In this document: positions 12,537 through 23,057 of the stretch, piece after piece | How positions within the stretch are numbered: the stretch's first letter is position 1 | How the letters are laid out: each line of letters begins with the position of its first letter | From: Salinivirgaceae bacterium | GTDB taxonomy: Bacteria; Bacteroidota; Bacteroidia; Bacteroidales; SZUA-534 | Reading direction: 5' to 3' | Assembly: GCA_024405635.1 (NCBI GenBank) | Contig: JAKSOL010000007.1 | Location: forward strand, 40,755 to 104,754 | Length of the DNA: 64,000 bases | Translations under genes and position numbers: made by a program | The notes under the pieces: model-generated | Seen by the model: only the letters and a program-made list of their open reading frames with translations | Told to the model about the DNA's origin: nothing | Databases searched by the model: none

Positions 12537-13787
12537 ATGAATAAAAAAATAGCAACTTTGCTGATATTCTTTAATATAGCCACTTTTGGCAACTGTGTTT
12601 CGGCTCAGCAAAATGCGTCGGCACAACATTTGGTGGTGCTCGATGCTGGCCATGGTGGCCACGACACTGGTGCTATTGGTAAAAACAGCCGCGAAAAAGA
12701 TATTGTTCTTGCCATTACGCTTAAAGTGGGCGAGTACATTACCCAAAACGTACCTAACGTTAAGGTTATGTACACTCGCAAAACCGACGAGTTTATTGCT
12801 CTTGATGAGCGTGCTAACATTGCCAATCGTAACAATGCTGACTTGTTTGTGTCTATTCACGCCAACTCAAACAAAAGCAACAAACCTTTTGGTACCGAAA
12901 CTTTTGCAATGGGTTTGCATAAGTCGCAAGGCAACCTCGATGTGGCTCAAAAAGAGAACTCGGTTATTGTAATGGAGGACGATTACAACACTAAGTACGA
13001 GGGTTTTGACCCATCGTCGGCCGAATCGTACATCATCTTTTCGCTAATGCAAAACGTGTTTCTTGATAAAAGTTTGTCGCTTGCTAAACAGGTGCAAGAC
13101 GAGTTTCGCGACCGCGCCCGTCGTACCGACCGAGGTGTAAAACAAGCAGGTTTCTTGGTGCTTTGGCACACCAAAATGCCTAGCATACTCATCGAAACTG
13201 GTTTTATTTCTAATCCCGAAGAGGAAAAGTTCATTAGTTCAACTAACGGACAAGATTTGCTTGCATCGGCTATTTATCGTGCTATTAAAAACTACTTTGC
13301 CGAAATTGACAAGGACGAAGATTTGATGCGCCAAACCAAACCGCAAGCTTCTGAAACTAAAAAAGAGGATAAAAAGACCGACAAAAAACCAGCAAACGAG
13401 CAACCTAAATCTGAGGCAAAACCTGAACCTAAAGTTGAACCTAAACCTCAGCCAAAAACTGAACAAACAACCGCTCCTTCGGCTCAAAAAACGCAACCTC
13501 AAGCGCCAAAAACAGTAGCCGAGGCTCACAACATTTGCTACCGTGTGCAAGTTGCTACTTCAAACTCAAAACTCGACGCTAAAGCTAAGCAGTTTGCGGG
13601 TTTTAGCAATGTTTACGAGTTTTGCGAAGGAGGTAAGTATAAATACACGGTTGGTAAATTCGCAACCATTGCCGAGGCTAAAAAGTATCAGCAACAGGTT
13701 CGCGCAAAATATCCCGATGCTTTTGTCGTTGCTTTTGATGGTGATAAGAAAATATCGGTGTCTGAAGCACAAAAACTTGAAAAATAA
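12537..13787 (+). CDS. N-acetylmuramoyl-L-alanine amidase with P/K/E-rich linker and C-terminal SPOR-like domain
   Basis: Amidase_3 motifs (LDAGHGGHDTGA, SIHAN, ETGF), a low-complexity KPEPK linker, and a C-terminal YRVQVA...YKYTVGKF...A segment typical of SPOR. Confidence 0.85.
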   Translation: MNKKIATLLIFFNIATFGNCVSAQQNASAQHLVVLDAGHGGHDTGAIGKNSREKDIVLAITLKVGEYITQNVPNVKVMYTRKTDEFIALDERANIANRNNADLFVSIHANSNKSNKPFGTETFAMGLHKSQGNLDVAQKENSVIVMEDDYNTKYEGFDPSSAESYIIFSLMQNVFLDKSLSLAKQVQDEFRDRARRTDRGVKQAGFLVLWHTKMPSILIETGFISNPEEEKFISSTNGQDLLASAIYRAIKNYFAEIDKDEDLMRQTKPQASETKKEDKKTDKKPANEQPKSEAKPEPKVEPKPQPKTEQTTAPSAQKTQPQAPKTVAEAHNICYRVQVATSNSKLDAKAKQFAGFSNVYEFCEGGKYKYTVGKFATIAEAKKYQQQVRAKYPDAFVVAFDGDKKISVSEAQKLEK

Positions 13788-13793
13788 ACTGAC

Positions 13794-15026
13794 GTGAAAA
13801 GTCGCATTTTAACAATAACTGGCCTACTTGCGTTTGTTGCAATTGTAGGAGCCTACGTAGGCATTAATTACTTGAAAGGTTTAAGTGTGTTTAGTCATGC
13901 AAACACTTATGTTGTATCGTACTCGCGCATCGACGGTTTGCAAAAATCGGCTCATGTGGTGGTCAATGGTTTTCAAATTGGTAACGTAAGCAACGTTTAT
14001 CTCGATCCCGACCATTCGGGCAACATTACTGTTGAACTTACTGTAAATCAACAATACACCATTCCTAAAGCGTCAACTGCAAAAATCTACAGTAGCGACC
14101 TTATGGGCACCAAAGCTATTGAGATTATTTATAGCACCGACACTGCAATGATGCAAAACGGCGACACCTTACGTGCCGACTTTGAAGGCAGCCTTACCGA
14201 AATGGTTAGCGTGCAAATGCTTCCACTTAAAAACAAAGCCGAAGATTTGATTAAAGAAATGCAAGAGGTAATGGCTATCATTTCGTACATTTTTAATTCC
14301 GAAACTCGACAAAACATTACCGAAAGCTTTAGTCACATTAGAGCTACAATTGCTCATCTCGAAATGTCGTCAATTGCTCTCGATACCATCGTTTCGGGTC
14401 AGCAACGTCGCATCAATCGCATTATGTCAAACGTTGAGCAACTTGCGCAAACTTTGGGCAACCAATCGGACAATATCAACCAATCGTTGCAAAACATTGC
14501 AGGCATCACTTCCGATTTAAACAACGCCGATTTGCAAGGTTTGTTATTGTCAATCGACACTGTTGCTCAGTCGCTTAAAACGGTGCTTGCTACTGTTGAG
14601 CAAGGGCAGGGCACTGTTGGTAAACTTATGGCCAACGATACACTTTACTACAACATTCAGAACCTTTGTGCTAGCTTAAACAATCTTACCGACGACCTTT
14701 ATGCTAATCCGGGCAAATACATCAATGTGTCGATGATTGGTAAAAGCAAAAGCACCGTTGTCGCTCCCGACCAAACGCCTATTGAGGGCAACTCTTATTA
14801 TCGAATTTGCTTAATGTCATCGCGCACCGAATTGCAAACTACCGACAAGGTTTTTGCTGGTTACAATGTGGTTCGTTATGCTACAAACGGCACTTATCAC
14901 TATTTGTATGGCAACTACAAAAAGCAAAACAAAGCTTCCGACGATTTGGCTGAAATAAAAGCTAAGTTCCCTCAAGCTTGCCTTGTTGAAATGCGAGGTG
15001 GCTTTATTGTCGAATTCTTGAAGTAG
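13794..15026 (+). CDS. MlaD/MCE-family protein with C-terminal SPOR-like domain
   Basis: 410 aa with an N-terminal TM helix and an MCE-like region (VVSYSRIDGLQKSAHVVVNGFQIGNV). The C-terminus resembles the SPOR region of the neighbouring amidase. The start codon is GTG. Confidence 0.6.
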   Translation: MKSRILTITGLLAFVAIVGAYVGINYLKGLSVFSHANTYVVSYSRIDGLQKSAHVVVNGFQIGNVSNVYLDPDHSGNITVELTVNQQYTIPKASTAKIYSSDLMGTKAIEIIYSTDTAMMQNGDTLRADFEGSLTEMVSVQMLPLKNKAEDLIKEMQEVMAIISYIFNSETRQNITESFSHIRATIAHLEMSSIALDTIVSGQQRRINRIMSNVEQLAQTLGNQSDNINQSLQNIAGITSDLNNADLQGLLLSIDTVAQSLKTVLATVEQGQGTVGKLMANDTLYYNIQNLCASLNNLTDDLYANPGKYINVSMIGKSKSTVVAPDQTPIEGNSYYRICLMSSRTELQTTDKVFAGYNVVRYATNGTYHYLYGNYKKQNKASDDLAEIKAKFPQACLVEMRGGFIVEFLK

Positions 15027-15153
15027 TTTTTGCTTGTTGGCTCAAAACCTTGAGTCTTTGTATTTTGGTTTATACACAAAAAAAAGCCGGCAACTTAAAA
15101 GTGTCGGCTTTTTCAACTAATAAACATTTATGAAGTGATTCGGCTATCAAGTG

Positions 15154-15873
15154 TTAAATAGAGCGCTTTTCAACAAATTCGTTAAAAATGTCTTTGTACT
15201 TGTCGGCAACAATAATCATTTCACCGTTAATAACCACGTGGTTGCGTTCAATGGCTTCAATGGCATTAAGCGCAATGATAAACGAGCGGTGAATGCGCAT
15301 AAAACGGTCGGCAGGTAAATTCTCCTCAAGCGTTTTAAGGCTCATAAGCGTAAGCAACGGGCGTTGGCGCGATTTGGTCCAAACCTTAACATAATCTTTC
15401 AAACCCTCAAAGTAATACACATCGTCAAAGTCGATGCGAATTTGTTTGTAGTCCGATTTTATAAAAATGTAGTCGGCTGCAACTTGAGGTTTTTCGTCGG
15501 CTTGTTTTACTAATTTAAACCATTCAAGAGCTTTGTTTGCTGCGGTAAGAAACTCGTTGTAGTCAAACGGCTTAAGAAGGTAGTCAAGAGCATCAACCTT
15601 AAACCCGTCAACGGCATATTTGTCGTAAGCAGTAGTAAAAATGATGCGGCAGTTTTTGTTAATTAGCATTTTCGACATTTCCATACCAGTTAAACCAGGC
15701 ATTTGAATGTCAAGAAAAAGCAAATCAACTTGGTTTTGGTTAACAAAGTTAAGCGCATCCAAACCGTTGCTGAATTTGCCTTTTAGTTCCAAAAACGCAG
15801 TTTTGTTAACATAGTCTTCAATCAAGTCGAGCGCCATTGGCTCGTCGTCGGCAATGATGCAAGTAATGTTCAT
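15154..15873 (-). CDS. LytR/AlgR-family response regulator (REC + LytTR)
   Basis: 239 aa with a receiver domain (IIADDE...DIQMPG) and a LytTR C-terminus (RIHRSFII). Confidence 0.85.
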   Translation of the reverse strand: MNITCIIADDEPMALDLIEDYVNKTAFLELKGKFSNGLDALNFVNQNQVDLLFLDIQMPGLTGMEMSKMLINKNCRIIFTTAYDKYAVDGFKVDALDYLLKPFDYNEFLTAANKALEWFKLVKQADEKPQVAADYIFIKSDYKQIRIDFDDVYYFEGLKDYVKVWTKSRQRPLLTLMSLKTLEENLPADRFMRIHRSFIIALNAIEAIERNHVVINGEMIIVADKYKDIFNEFVEKRSI

Positions 15874-15876
15874 AAT

Positions 15877-16902
15877 CTACACTGTTTCAATTGATAAATA
15901 TGCGTGGTAGCAATCGTTTTCAATATAAGTCTTAAACTCGTGCTTGTTTGGATAAAGCAACAAAAGTTGTTTGCTAAGGTTTTCAATTCCTATCGATGCC
16001 TTTTCGGTAAGGTCGGCACTCTCTTGTTTAACGTATGGGTTTTTTGATGTAAAGGTTATTCTTGTTCCTTCAATGCTAATGTTAAATATGAGTTGCGATT
16101 TGCCTTGAGGCAATATTCCATGTTTAAACGAGTTCTCAATAAGCGAAATAAACATAAGCGGTGCAACTGTAATGCCGTTGGTCGAAGATGGAAAGTTTAC
16201 TTCAACTTCGGTGTGGGCAGCTGTACGCAGTTTCATTAAGTCGATGTATTTGCTCATAAAGTCAATTTCTTTGCTAAACTCAACGCGTTCTGAGTTGGTT
16301 TCGTAAAGCAAATAGCGCATCAGTTTACTCAAACTAATTAGGGTTTCTTTGGCCTTTTCGGGCGAACGGTCAACTAACGAGTAAATGTTGTTGAGCGAAT
16401 TGAAGAAAAAGTGGGGTTGTAGTTGGTATTTAAGGTGTTGCAGTTCTGACATAAGACGTTTGTTGTCGTTGTCGCGCTGTATTTGTTCCATGTTCTGTAG
16501 CCGCGAGTAAGTGCGTATAGCTAAAGCTATAAACAATGGCATAAGCAACGATATTGCGTTAAAGTAGAACATGTACGAGTTAAACATTGGCCTGTCCATT
16601 CCTGGATGGAAAATGTAGTGGCGCAGAATGCTCATTAAGTACGAGCATGCAAACAATGCGGCAATGTTTATTATTACAAATAATATCTTCTTGTTGTTAA
16701 AGAAAAACTTTTTGATGAAGTAGAAGTAGTTGACATAAAACACTACGGCATAAAAAGCAGTGTTAATCCACGAGTGTTCAATTAAAGCTCGCCACCTAAA
16801 AGGTTGTGCGCCGCCTAACATAAACATTGCTGGTATGCCTAACATTGCAATCCACACTAGCAAGTGGCTAATAATAATGGTTGGAGTTCCTGGTTTATTC
16901 AT
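15877..16902 (-). CDS. sensor histidine kinase (LytS/YehU-type His_kinase domain)
   Basis: 341 aa with N-terminal TM helices and the QLQPHFFFNSLN H-box. It is adjacent to the LytTR regulator. Confidence 0.8.
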   Translation of the reverse strand: MNKPGTPTIIISHLLVWIAMLGIPAMFMLGGAQPFRWRALIEHSWINTAFYAVVFYVNYFYFIKKFFFNNKKILFVIINIAALFACSYLMSILRHYIFHPGMDRPMFNSYMFYFNAISLLMPLFIALAIRTYSRLQNMEQIQRDNDNKRLMSELQHLKYQLQPHFFFNSLNNIYSLVDRSPEKAKETLISLSKLMRYLLYETNSERVEFSKEIDFMSKYIDLMKLRTAAHTEVEVNFPSSTNGITVAPLMFISLIENSFKHGILPQGKSQLIFNISIEGTRITFTSKNPYVKQESADLTEKASIGIENLSKQLLLLYPNKHEFKTYIENDCYHAYLSIETV

Positions 16903-17241
16903 ATTTCTTATTATAACAAACGTACGAATGTATTGGTTTGCTATTAGTTGTCCTAAAAATATAGAAGTTTGGGCAAAATTGAACTATAAAATGGCTGAAT
17001 GTGTTGCACATTTTTAATGTTGCTTTGTTCCAAAACTAAAGTTTTTGAATGGGTTTAGAATAATGTAACCTTGCAACTAAATAATTGATATTGGTAAAAT
17101 ATTGTTGGATTTTATTGAAAAAGTTGCATAAAAGTAAAATGTACTTTTATATTTGTAGTAGCACATTAAAGATGTGTGGCTATAAATATAAACGATTGAT
17201 AATTAAATAAATAGGGTAAAAATAAAAGGCCCATTTACATA

Positions 17242-17931
17242 ATGAGAACATCAGAAGAATACGAAATGCAAGAACGTCAGTTGGTGTCAATTGACTGCGC
17301 AATATTCGGCTATCACGAGGGCGAACTTAAACTATTGCTTTTTCATCGCGAAAAGGAACCTATGATTGGGCATTGGTCGTTGGTTGGTGGCTGGGTTAAT
17401 GGCAACGAGTCGGTTGACGATGCTGCGCAACGTGTTTTGCAACGCATAACAGGCCTTAACCACATATTTATGGAGCAAGTGTCGGTTTTTTCTGATCCAC
17501 AGCGCGATTCGGGTGGCCGCGTAATAAGCGTGTTGTTTTACTCGCTTATTGTGCTAAACGAGCAAACAATGGCTTTGTCAAACGAGTTTAATGCTCAATG
17601 GTGTTCGGTAAACGATTTGCCACAACTTATTTTTGACCATAACCAAATGGTTGACCAAGCATTGGCTAAATTGCAGCAAAAGGCAAGTTACTCGCTAATT
17701 GGTCGCGAATTGTTGCCTCAAAACTTTACTATAACTCAGTTGCGCAGTCTTTACGATTCTATTTTCAATAGAACTTTCGATCCGGGCAATTTTCGTAAAA
17801 AAGTTTTGTCGCTTGGTGTGTTGCAACGTCTTGATACAAAAGATAATAGCGAGTCGCGTAAAGGCGCTTATTACTATTGTTTCAACAATAACATTATTCC
17901 TGAATTATCTGGAAACATAATAAAACTATAA
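17242..17931 (+). CDS. NUDIX-domain protein with C-terminal DNA-binding-like domain (NrtR-like regulator)
   Basis: 229 aa with a NUDIX fold region (GHWSLVGGWV...E...AAQRVLQRITG) and a C-terminal extension. It is the first gene in front of galK-galT-galE. Confidence 0.6.
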   Translation: MRTSEEYEMQERQLVSIDCAIFGYHEGELKLLLFHREKEPMIGHWSLVGGWVNGNESVDDAAQRVLQRITGLNHIFMEQVSVFSDPQRDSGGRVISVLFYSLIVLNEQTMALSNEFNAQWCSVNDLPQLIFDHNQMVDQALAKLQQKASYSLIGRELLPQNFTITQLRSLYDSIFNRTFDPGNFRKKVLSLGVLQRLDTKDNSESRKGAYYYCFNNNIIPELSGNIIKL

Positions 17932-17943
17932 ATCTGCATAAAT

Positions 17944-19083
17944 ATGGGCATACAACAGAAATTTGTTGAGTTATTTGGTTCAGAACCAGTAATGTTTGAG
18001 GCTCCTGGTCGTGTTAATCTTATAGGCGAGCATACTGATTATAACGAGGGTTTTGTTCTTCCTGCGGCAGTTGACAAGGCTATAAAGTTTGCAATAAAAC
18101 CAAACTCTGTAGGTAAATATCGCTTTTATGCTTTTGATTTAAATGAGTCGTTTGAAACGGCTGATAACCAAATACATAAAAGTAATACTGCGTGGGCAAA
18201 TTATTTACTTGGTGTTATTGCTCAATTTGAAAAAGATGGAAACATGGTTCCCGCATTTGATTGCGTGTTTGGAGGCAACGTACCATTGGGAGCAGGCATG
18301 TCATCGTCGGCAGCCATTGAGGTTGGTATGGCGTTTGCCATTGATGTTACTTTTGGTTTTGGATACAACCGTTTACAACTTGTAAAATTCGCCCAAGAGG
18401 CTGAGCATGAGTATGCTGGTGTTAATTGCGGTATCATGGATCAATTTGCATCAATGTTTGGCAAAGCAGGACACGTAATAAAACTTGATTGCCGAAGCCT
18501 TGAATATCGCCATTTCCCTCTCGATATGTCGAAATATATGCTAGTGTTGGTAAACACAGGTGTAAAGCATTCGCTTGCTTCGAGCGAGTACAATAAACGC
18601 CGAGACGAGTGCGAAACTGGCGTGTCGGTTATTGCAAAGCATTATGCTAATATTAAGTCGCTACGCGATGTTACACTTGATATGCTTAATGACCATAAAG
18701 CCGAAATGGGCGATGTGGTTTACAAACGTTGCTCGTATATTGTTGAGGAAAATGCAAGACTTGAGGCCGGTTGTGAAGCTTTGAGTAGAGGAAATTTTGA
18801 AGAATTTGGTCGCTGTATGTTTGGTTCGCATGCGGGTTTACGCGATAAATACGAGGTTAGTTGCTCTGAACTTGACACGTTGGTTGAAATTGCAAGCAAA
18901 TCGGCAGGTGTACTTGGTTCGCGCATGATGGGCGGAGGCTTTGGTGGTTGCACCATTACACTGATTAACAAGAAAAATGTTGCTGAATTTGAAGCCACAG
19001 TTCGTTCGCAGTATCAAACTCCCGATGGCAAACAACCTGATATTTTTGAAGTTGTGATTGCTGATGGTGCACATCTTATTTAA
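17944..19083 (+). CDS. galK: galactokinase
   Basis: GRVNLIGEHTDYNEG signature and the GHMP motif GAGMSSSAA. Confidence 0.9.
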   Translation: MGIQQKFVELFGSEPVMFEAPGRVNLIGEHTDYNEGFVLPAAVDKAIKFAIKPNSVGKYRFYAFDLNESFETADNQIHKSNTAWANYLLGVIAQFEKDGNMVPAFDCVFGGNVPLGAGMSSSAAIEVGMAFAIDVTFGFGYNRLQLVKFAQEAEHEYAGVNCGIMDQFASMFGKAGHVIKLDCRSLEYRHFPLDMSKYMLVLVNTGVKHSLASSEYNKRRDECETGVSVIAKHYANIKSLRDVTLDMLNDHKAEMGDVVYKRCSYIVEENARLEAGCEALSRGNFEEFGRCMFGSHAGLRDKYEVSCSELDTLVEIASKSAGVLGSRMMGGGFGGCTITLINKKNVAEFEATVRSQYQTPDGKQPDIFEVVIADGAHLI

Positions 19084-19113
19084 TTGTTAATTAGCATTTT
19101 ATAACATTTTGAA

Positions 19114-20151
19114 ATGGATTTTACCGAAACAACACACCGTCGATTCAATCAGCTAAACGGCGAATGGGTATTAGTGTCGCCACATCGTGCAAAACGACCA
19201 TGGCTGGGGCAAGTTGAAAAAACTACACCCGATAATCGTCCGTCGTACGATCCTAAATGCTATTTGTGCCCAGGTAACACTCGCTCAGAAGGTGCAGTTA
19301 ACGACAATTATACTAGTACATACGTTTTTACTAACGATTTTAGTGCTTTGTTGCCAAATTCTGAAACGGGCGTTTACAAAGACAATTTGTTGTTGGCCGA
19401 AGCTGAACGTGGCATTTGCAAGGTTATTTGCTTCTCGCCCAATCATAGCCTTACTGTTCCCGAAATGACAGTTGAAGCCATTGCGCATGTTATTCAAGTG
19501 TGGATTGAGCAATTTAAGGAACTGGGCTCGATGAATTTTATCAATCACATTCAAATTTTTGAAAACAAAGGCAGCATAATGGGGTGCAGCAACCCGCATC
19601 CACATGGCCAAATTTGGGCGCAATCAACTGTGCCAGTTGAAGTTAGCAAAGAGCAAGCACACCAACAGGCTTATTTTGATGCAAATGGCCGCACTTTGCT
19701 CGAAGATTATGTGGCACTTGAACTTGAAAAACGCGAGCGCATTGTGGTTGAAAACGACACTTTTGTTGCTTTAGTACCTTTTTGGGCAACTTGGCCATTC
19801 GAAACAATGATTCTTCCAAAGCGAGCAGTGCAAAATATTACTCAACTAACTGATAAAGAACAAGTTGATTTTGCCGATTGTTACAAACGCTTGACCGTAA
19901 AATACGATAACCTTTTTGAGGTCTCGTTCCCGTATTCGGCAGGTGTGCATCAAGCTCCAACCGATGGCGCTAATCATCCAGAGTGGCATTTGCACATGCA
20001 TTTTTATCCACCATTGTTGCGATCGGCTACCGTTAAAAAATTTATGGTAGGATATGAGATGATGGCAAATGCTCAACGTGATTTAACTGCCGAACAAGCA
20101 GCTGCTAGGTTGAAAGATTTGTCAGAAGTGCATTATAAACAAAAAATGTAG
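19114..20151 (+). CDS. galT: galactose-1-phosphate uridylyltransferase
   Basis: 345 aa with the CYLCPGN zinc motif and the HPHGQ active-site motif. Confidence 0.9.
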   Translation: MDFTETTHRRFNQLNGEWVLVSPHRAKRPWLGQVEKTTPDNRPSYDPKCYLCPGNTRSEGAVNDNYTSTYVFTNDFSALLPNSETGVYKDNLLLAEAERGICKVICFSPNHSLTVPEMTVEAIAHVIQVWIEQFKELGSMNFINHIQIFENKGSIMGCSNPHPHGQIWAQSTVPVEVSKEQAHQQAYFDANGRTLLEDYVALELEKRERIVVENDTFVALVPFWATWPFETMILPKRAVQNITQLTDKEQVDFADCYKRLTVKYDNLFEVSFPYSAGVHQAPTDGANHPEWHLHMHFYPPLLRSATVKKFMVGYEMMANAQRDLTAEQAAARLKDLSEVHYKQKM

Positions 20152-20186
20152 ATAATCTTGGTTATATAATTAAAAATCAATATAAT

Positions 20187-21224
20187 ATGAAAGGTAAAAT
20201 TTTAGTAACAGGAGGTACGGGCTACATAGGTTCGCATACAGTGGTTGAACTTATTGAGCAAGGTTACGAGGTTGTGATTGTGGACAATCTGTCGAACTCA
20301 GAGCGTGAGGTAGTTGACCGCATTGAAAAGATTACTGGTGTTAAGCCAAAGTTTTACGAGTTCGATTTAAAAGATCAGCTAAAGGTTGACCAATTGTTTG
20401 CAACCGAAACAGGCATAAATGGTATTATACATTTTGCAGCATCAAAAGCTGTTGGCGAATCGGTACAAATGCCATTGGTTTATTATCGCAACAACCTGGT
20501 ATCGCTTGTAAATTTATTGGAAGCAATGCAAAAATATAACGTGCCAAACATTGTATTCTCGTCATCGTGTACAGTATATGGCCAGCCCGACAAGTTGCCT
20601 GTTGACGAGTCGGCTCCAATAAAGCCAGCCGAGTCGCCTTATGGCTACACAAAACAAGTGTGCGAGAATATTTTGCGCGATTCAATTCGTGCATTTGCAG
20701 GATCGGTTCATGGTATTGCGTTGCGTTACTTCAACCCAATTGGTGCGCATCCTTCTGGTTTAATTGGCGAGTTGCCTCGCGGTGTGCCAAATAACCTTAT
20801 GCCATACATCACCCAAACAGGTTACGGTATTCGCGAGCAATTGAGCGTGTTTGGTGACGATTATAATACTCCCGATGGTAGTTGCATTCGCGACTATATT
20901 CACGTTGTTGACCTTGCAAAGGCGCATATTGTGGCCATCAATCGTATGATTTCAGGTAAAAACAAAGCCGATTTTGAGATGTTTAACATTGGTACCGGCA
21001 ATGGCTATTCGGTATTCGATATTATTAAATCGTTTGAGCGTACCTCAGGCAAAAAACTGAATTACAAAGTAGTAGGCCGTAGAGCTGGCGATATTGAGCA
21101 AATTTGGGCCGATACTACTATTGCAAACAACGAGTTAGGTTGGAAAGCACAACTTACAATCGACGATATGACTCGCTCGGCTTGGCAGTGGGAGTTGAAT
21201 TGTCGCGAAAAAATGCAGAAATAG
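20187..21224 (+). CDS. galE: UDP-glucose 4-epimerase
   Basis: GGTGYIGSH Rossmann motif and the YGYTK catalytic motif. Confidence 0.9.
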   Translation: MKGKILVTGGTGYIGSHTVVELIEQGYEVVIVDNLSNSEREVVDRIEKITGVKPKFYEFDLKDQLKVDQLFATETGINGIIHFAASKAVGESVQMPLVYYRNNLVSLVNLLEAMQKYNVPNIVFSSSCTVYGQPDKLPVDESAPIKPAESPYGYTKQVCENILRDSIRAFAGSVHGIALRYFNPIGAHPSGLIGELPRGVPNNLMPYITQTGYGIREQLSVFGDDYNTPDGSCIRDYIHVVDLAKAHIVAINRMISGKNKADFEMFNIGTGNGYSVFDIIKSFERTSGKKLNYKVVGRRAGDIEQIWADTTIANNELGWKAQLTIDDMTRSAWQWELNCREKMQK

Positions 21225-21432
21225 AGTTCGTTTTTAGGTTGTTACTAAAGCCGCTTGTGCAATTGCAGAGCGGCTTTTTTATTGTCTATTTATTGATAGT
21301 TTGTGCCAAAAACAATTGGTTAGTATGCTGGGGCTTTTGGTTGATTATTGGTTGATGCCTTTTTGCCAAAATAATAGTGTATGTTGGTTATAGGTGTTAT
21401 TTTAGCGGCATATCATTAAACAACAATCAAAA

Positions 21433-22995
21433 ATGAACAACAATCATCCAAAAGGACTAATAGCAGCCGCTTTAGCTAACATGGGCGAGCGTTTCGGTTA
21501 CTATATCATGAATGCCGTATTGCTGCTATTTCTTTGCTCAAAGTTTGGCTTGAGCGACCAAACAAGCGGAATAATCTATTCGGTTTTTTATGCGCTTATT
21601 TATGTTTTGAGTCTTGTAGGTGGCATTATTGCCGACCGAAAACAAAACTACAAGGGAACCATTATGTCGGGACTTATTGTAATGGCTGTAGGGTATGTGT
21701 TGTTGTCGGTTCCAATAATGGCAACATCGTCAAATATGGTTTGGCTACTACCATTTACGTGTGCAGCTTTGCTTATGATAGCTTTTGGCAATGGTATGTT
21801 TAAAGGTAATTTGCAAGCTATTGTTGGTCAAATGTACGACAACTACGAAGCTGAAGCAGCAAAGCAAGGCGAAGAGGCTTTGCGCATAGCAAAAAGTAAA
21901 CGCGATTCGGGTTTTCAAATATTCTATGTGTTTATAAACATTGGTGGTTTGGTTGCTCCATTTGTAGCGCCTTTGCTACGCGGTTGGTGGCTTAGTCAAA
22001 ACGGATTGGCTTACAATGCAAGTTTGCCTGCACTTTGCCATAAGTATATAAACGATGCGGCAACAATGAATCAACTTGAATTGTCGAATCTTACAACACT
22101 TATTGAACAAGTTGGTGGCTCGGTGAACAACATGACTGATTTTTGTATGCAGTACCTGAATGTATTTAACACCGGAGTGCATTATTCGTTTGTTGCATCG
22201 GTAGTAGCCATGCTTATTTCACTTGTTATTTTCATTTGCACAAAGAATTTGTTTCCAACGCCTGCCAAAAAAACAGCAACAGTGGCAGTGGAGTACACCG
22301 CTGACGAAAAAGCTGCAATGGCTGCCGAAATAAAACAGCGATTATATGCGTTGTTTGCAGTGCTTGGCATTGCCATTTTCTTTTGGTTCTCGTTCCATCA
22401 AAATGGGCAATCGTTGTCAGTTTTTGCTCGCGATTTTGTGGTCACATCTTCTATTCCTCCTGAGATTTGGCAAGCTGTTAATCCGTTTTTTGTAATAGTA
22501 CTTACTCCAATTATCATGTTGATATTCGGTTCGTTAAGTCGAAAAGGTAAAGAAATATCAACACCAAAGAAAATAGCTATTGGTATGGGCATTGCAGCTC
22601 TTGCATACCTGTTTTTGGCTGTGTATGCAGCTGTTCAGTCATATCCTTCGGGAAACGCTTTTCGTGCAATGGATGTGGCAGCACAAGACCCAATGAAAGC
22701 AGGACCTTGGGTACTTATAGTTACTTACTTTTTCCTTACAGTTGCCGAGTTGTTCATTTCGCCTCTTGGTTTGTCGTTTGTGTCAAAAGTGGCGCCTAAA
22801 AACTTGCAAGGGCTTTGCCAAGGTTTGTGGCTTGGTGCTACAGCAGTAGGTAACTTGCTAATATGGATAGGTCCGCTTATGTATAACAATTTTGAACACC
22901 AATCAATGTGTTGGATAGTTTTCCTAGTTGTTTGCATAATATCAATGGGTGTTATGTTTGGTATGGTTAAATGGCTTGAACGTGTTTGTAAGTAG
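21433..22995 (+). CDS. POT/PTR2-family peptide MFS transporter
   Basis: 520-aa polytopic protein with an N-terminal ERFGYY-type motif (GERFGYYIMNAVL). Confidence 0.8.
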   Translation: MNNNHPKGLIAAALANMGERFGYYIMNAVLLLFLCSKFGLSDQTSGIIYSVFYALIYVLSLVGGIIADRKQNYKGTIMSGLIVMAVGYVLLSVPIMATSSNMVWLLPFTCAALLMIAFGNGMFKGNLQAIVGQMYDNYEAEAAKQGEEALRIAKSKRDSGFQIFYVFINIGGLVAPFVAPLLRGWWLSQNGLAYNASLPALCHKYINDAATMNQLELSNLTTLIEQVGGSVNNMTDFCMQYLNVFNTGVHYSFVASVVAMLISLVIFICTKNLFPTPAKKTATVAVEYTADEKAAMAAEIKQRLYALFAVLGIAIFFWFSFHQNGQSLSVFARDFVVTSSIPPEIWQAVNPFFVIVLTPIIMLIFGSLSRKGKEISTPKKIAIGMGIAALAYLFLAVYAAVQSYPSGNAFRAMDVAAQDPMKAGPWVLIVTYFFLTVAELFISPLGLSFVSKVAPKNLQGLCQGLWLGATAVGNLLIWIGPLMYNNFEHQSMCWIVFLVVCIISMGVMFGMVKWLERVCK

Positions 22996-23057
22996 TTCAT
23001 TTACAATAAAATAAAAGCGCTAACGGTGTGTAGCCGTTAGCATTTTTTTCAAAGTAG

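Noticed and set aside
13330-13510. A repetitive AAACCT/GAACCTAAA stretch as a tandem repeat or mini-array.
   Set aside because: It is in frame within the amidase gene and encodes a K/P/E/Q-rich linker between the catalytic and SPOR domains. It is coding low-complexity sequence, not a separate element.
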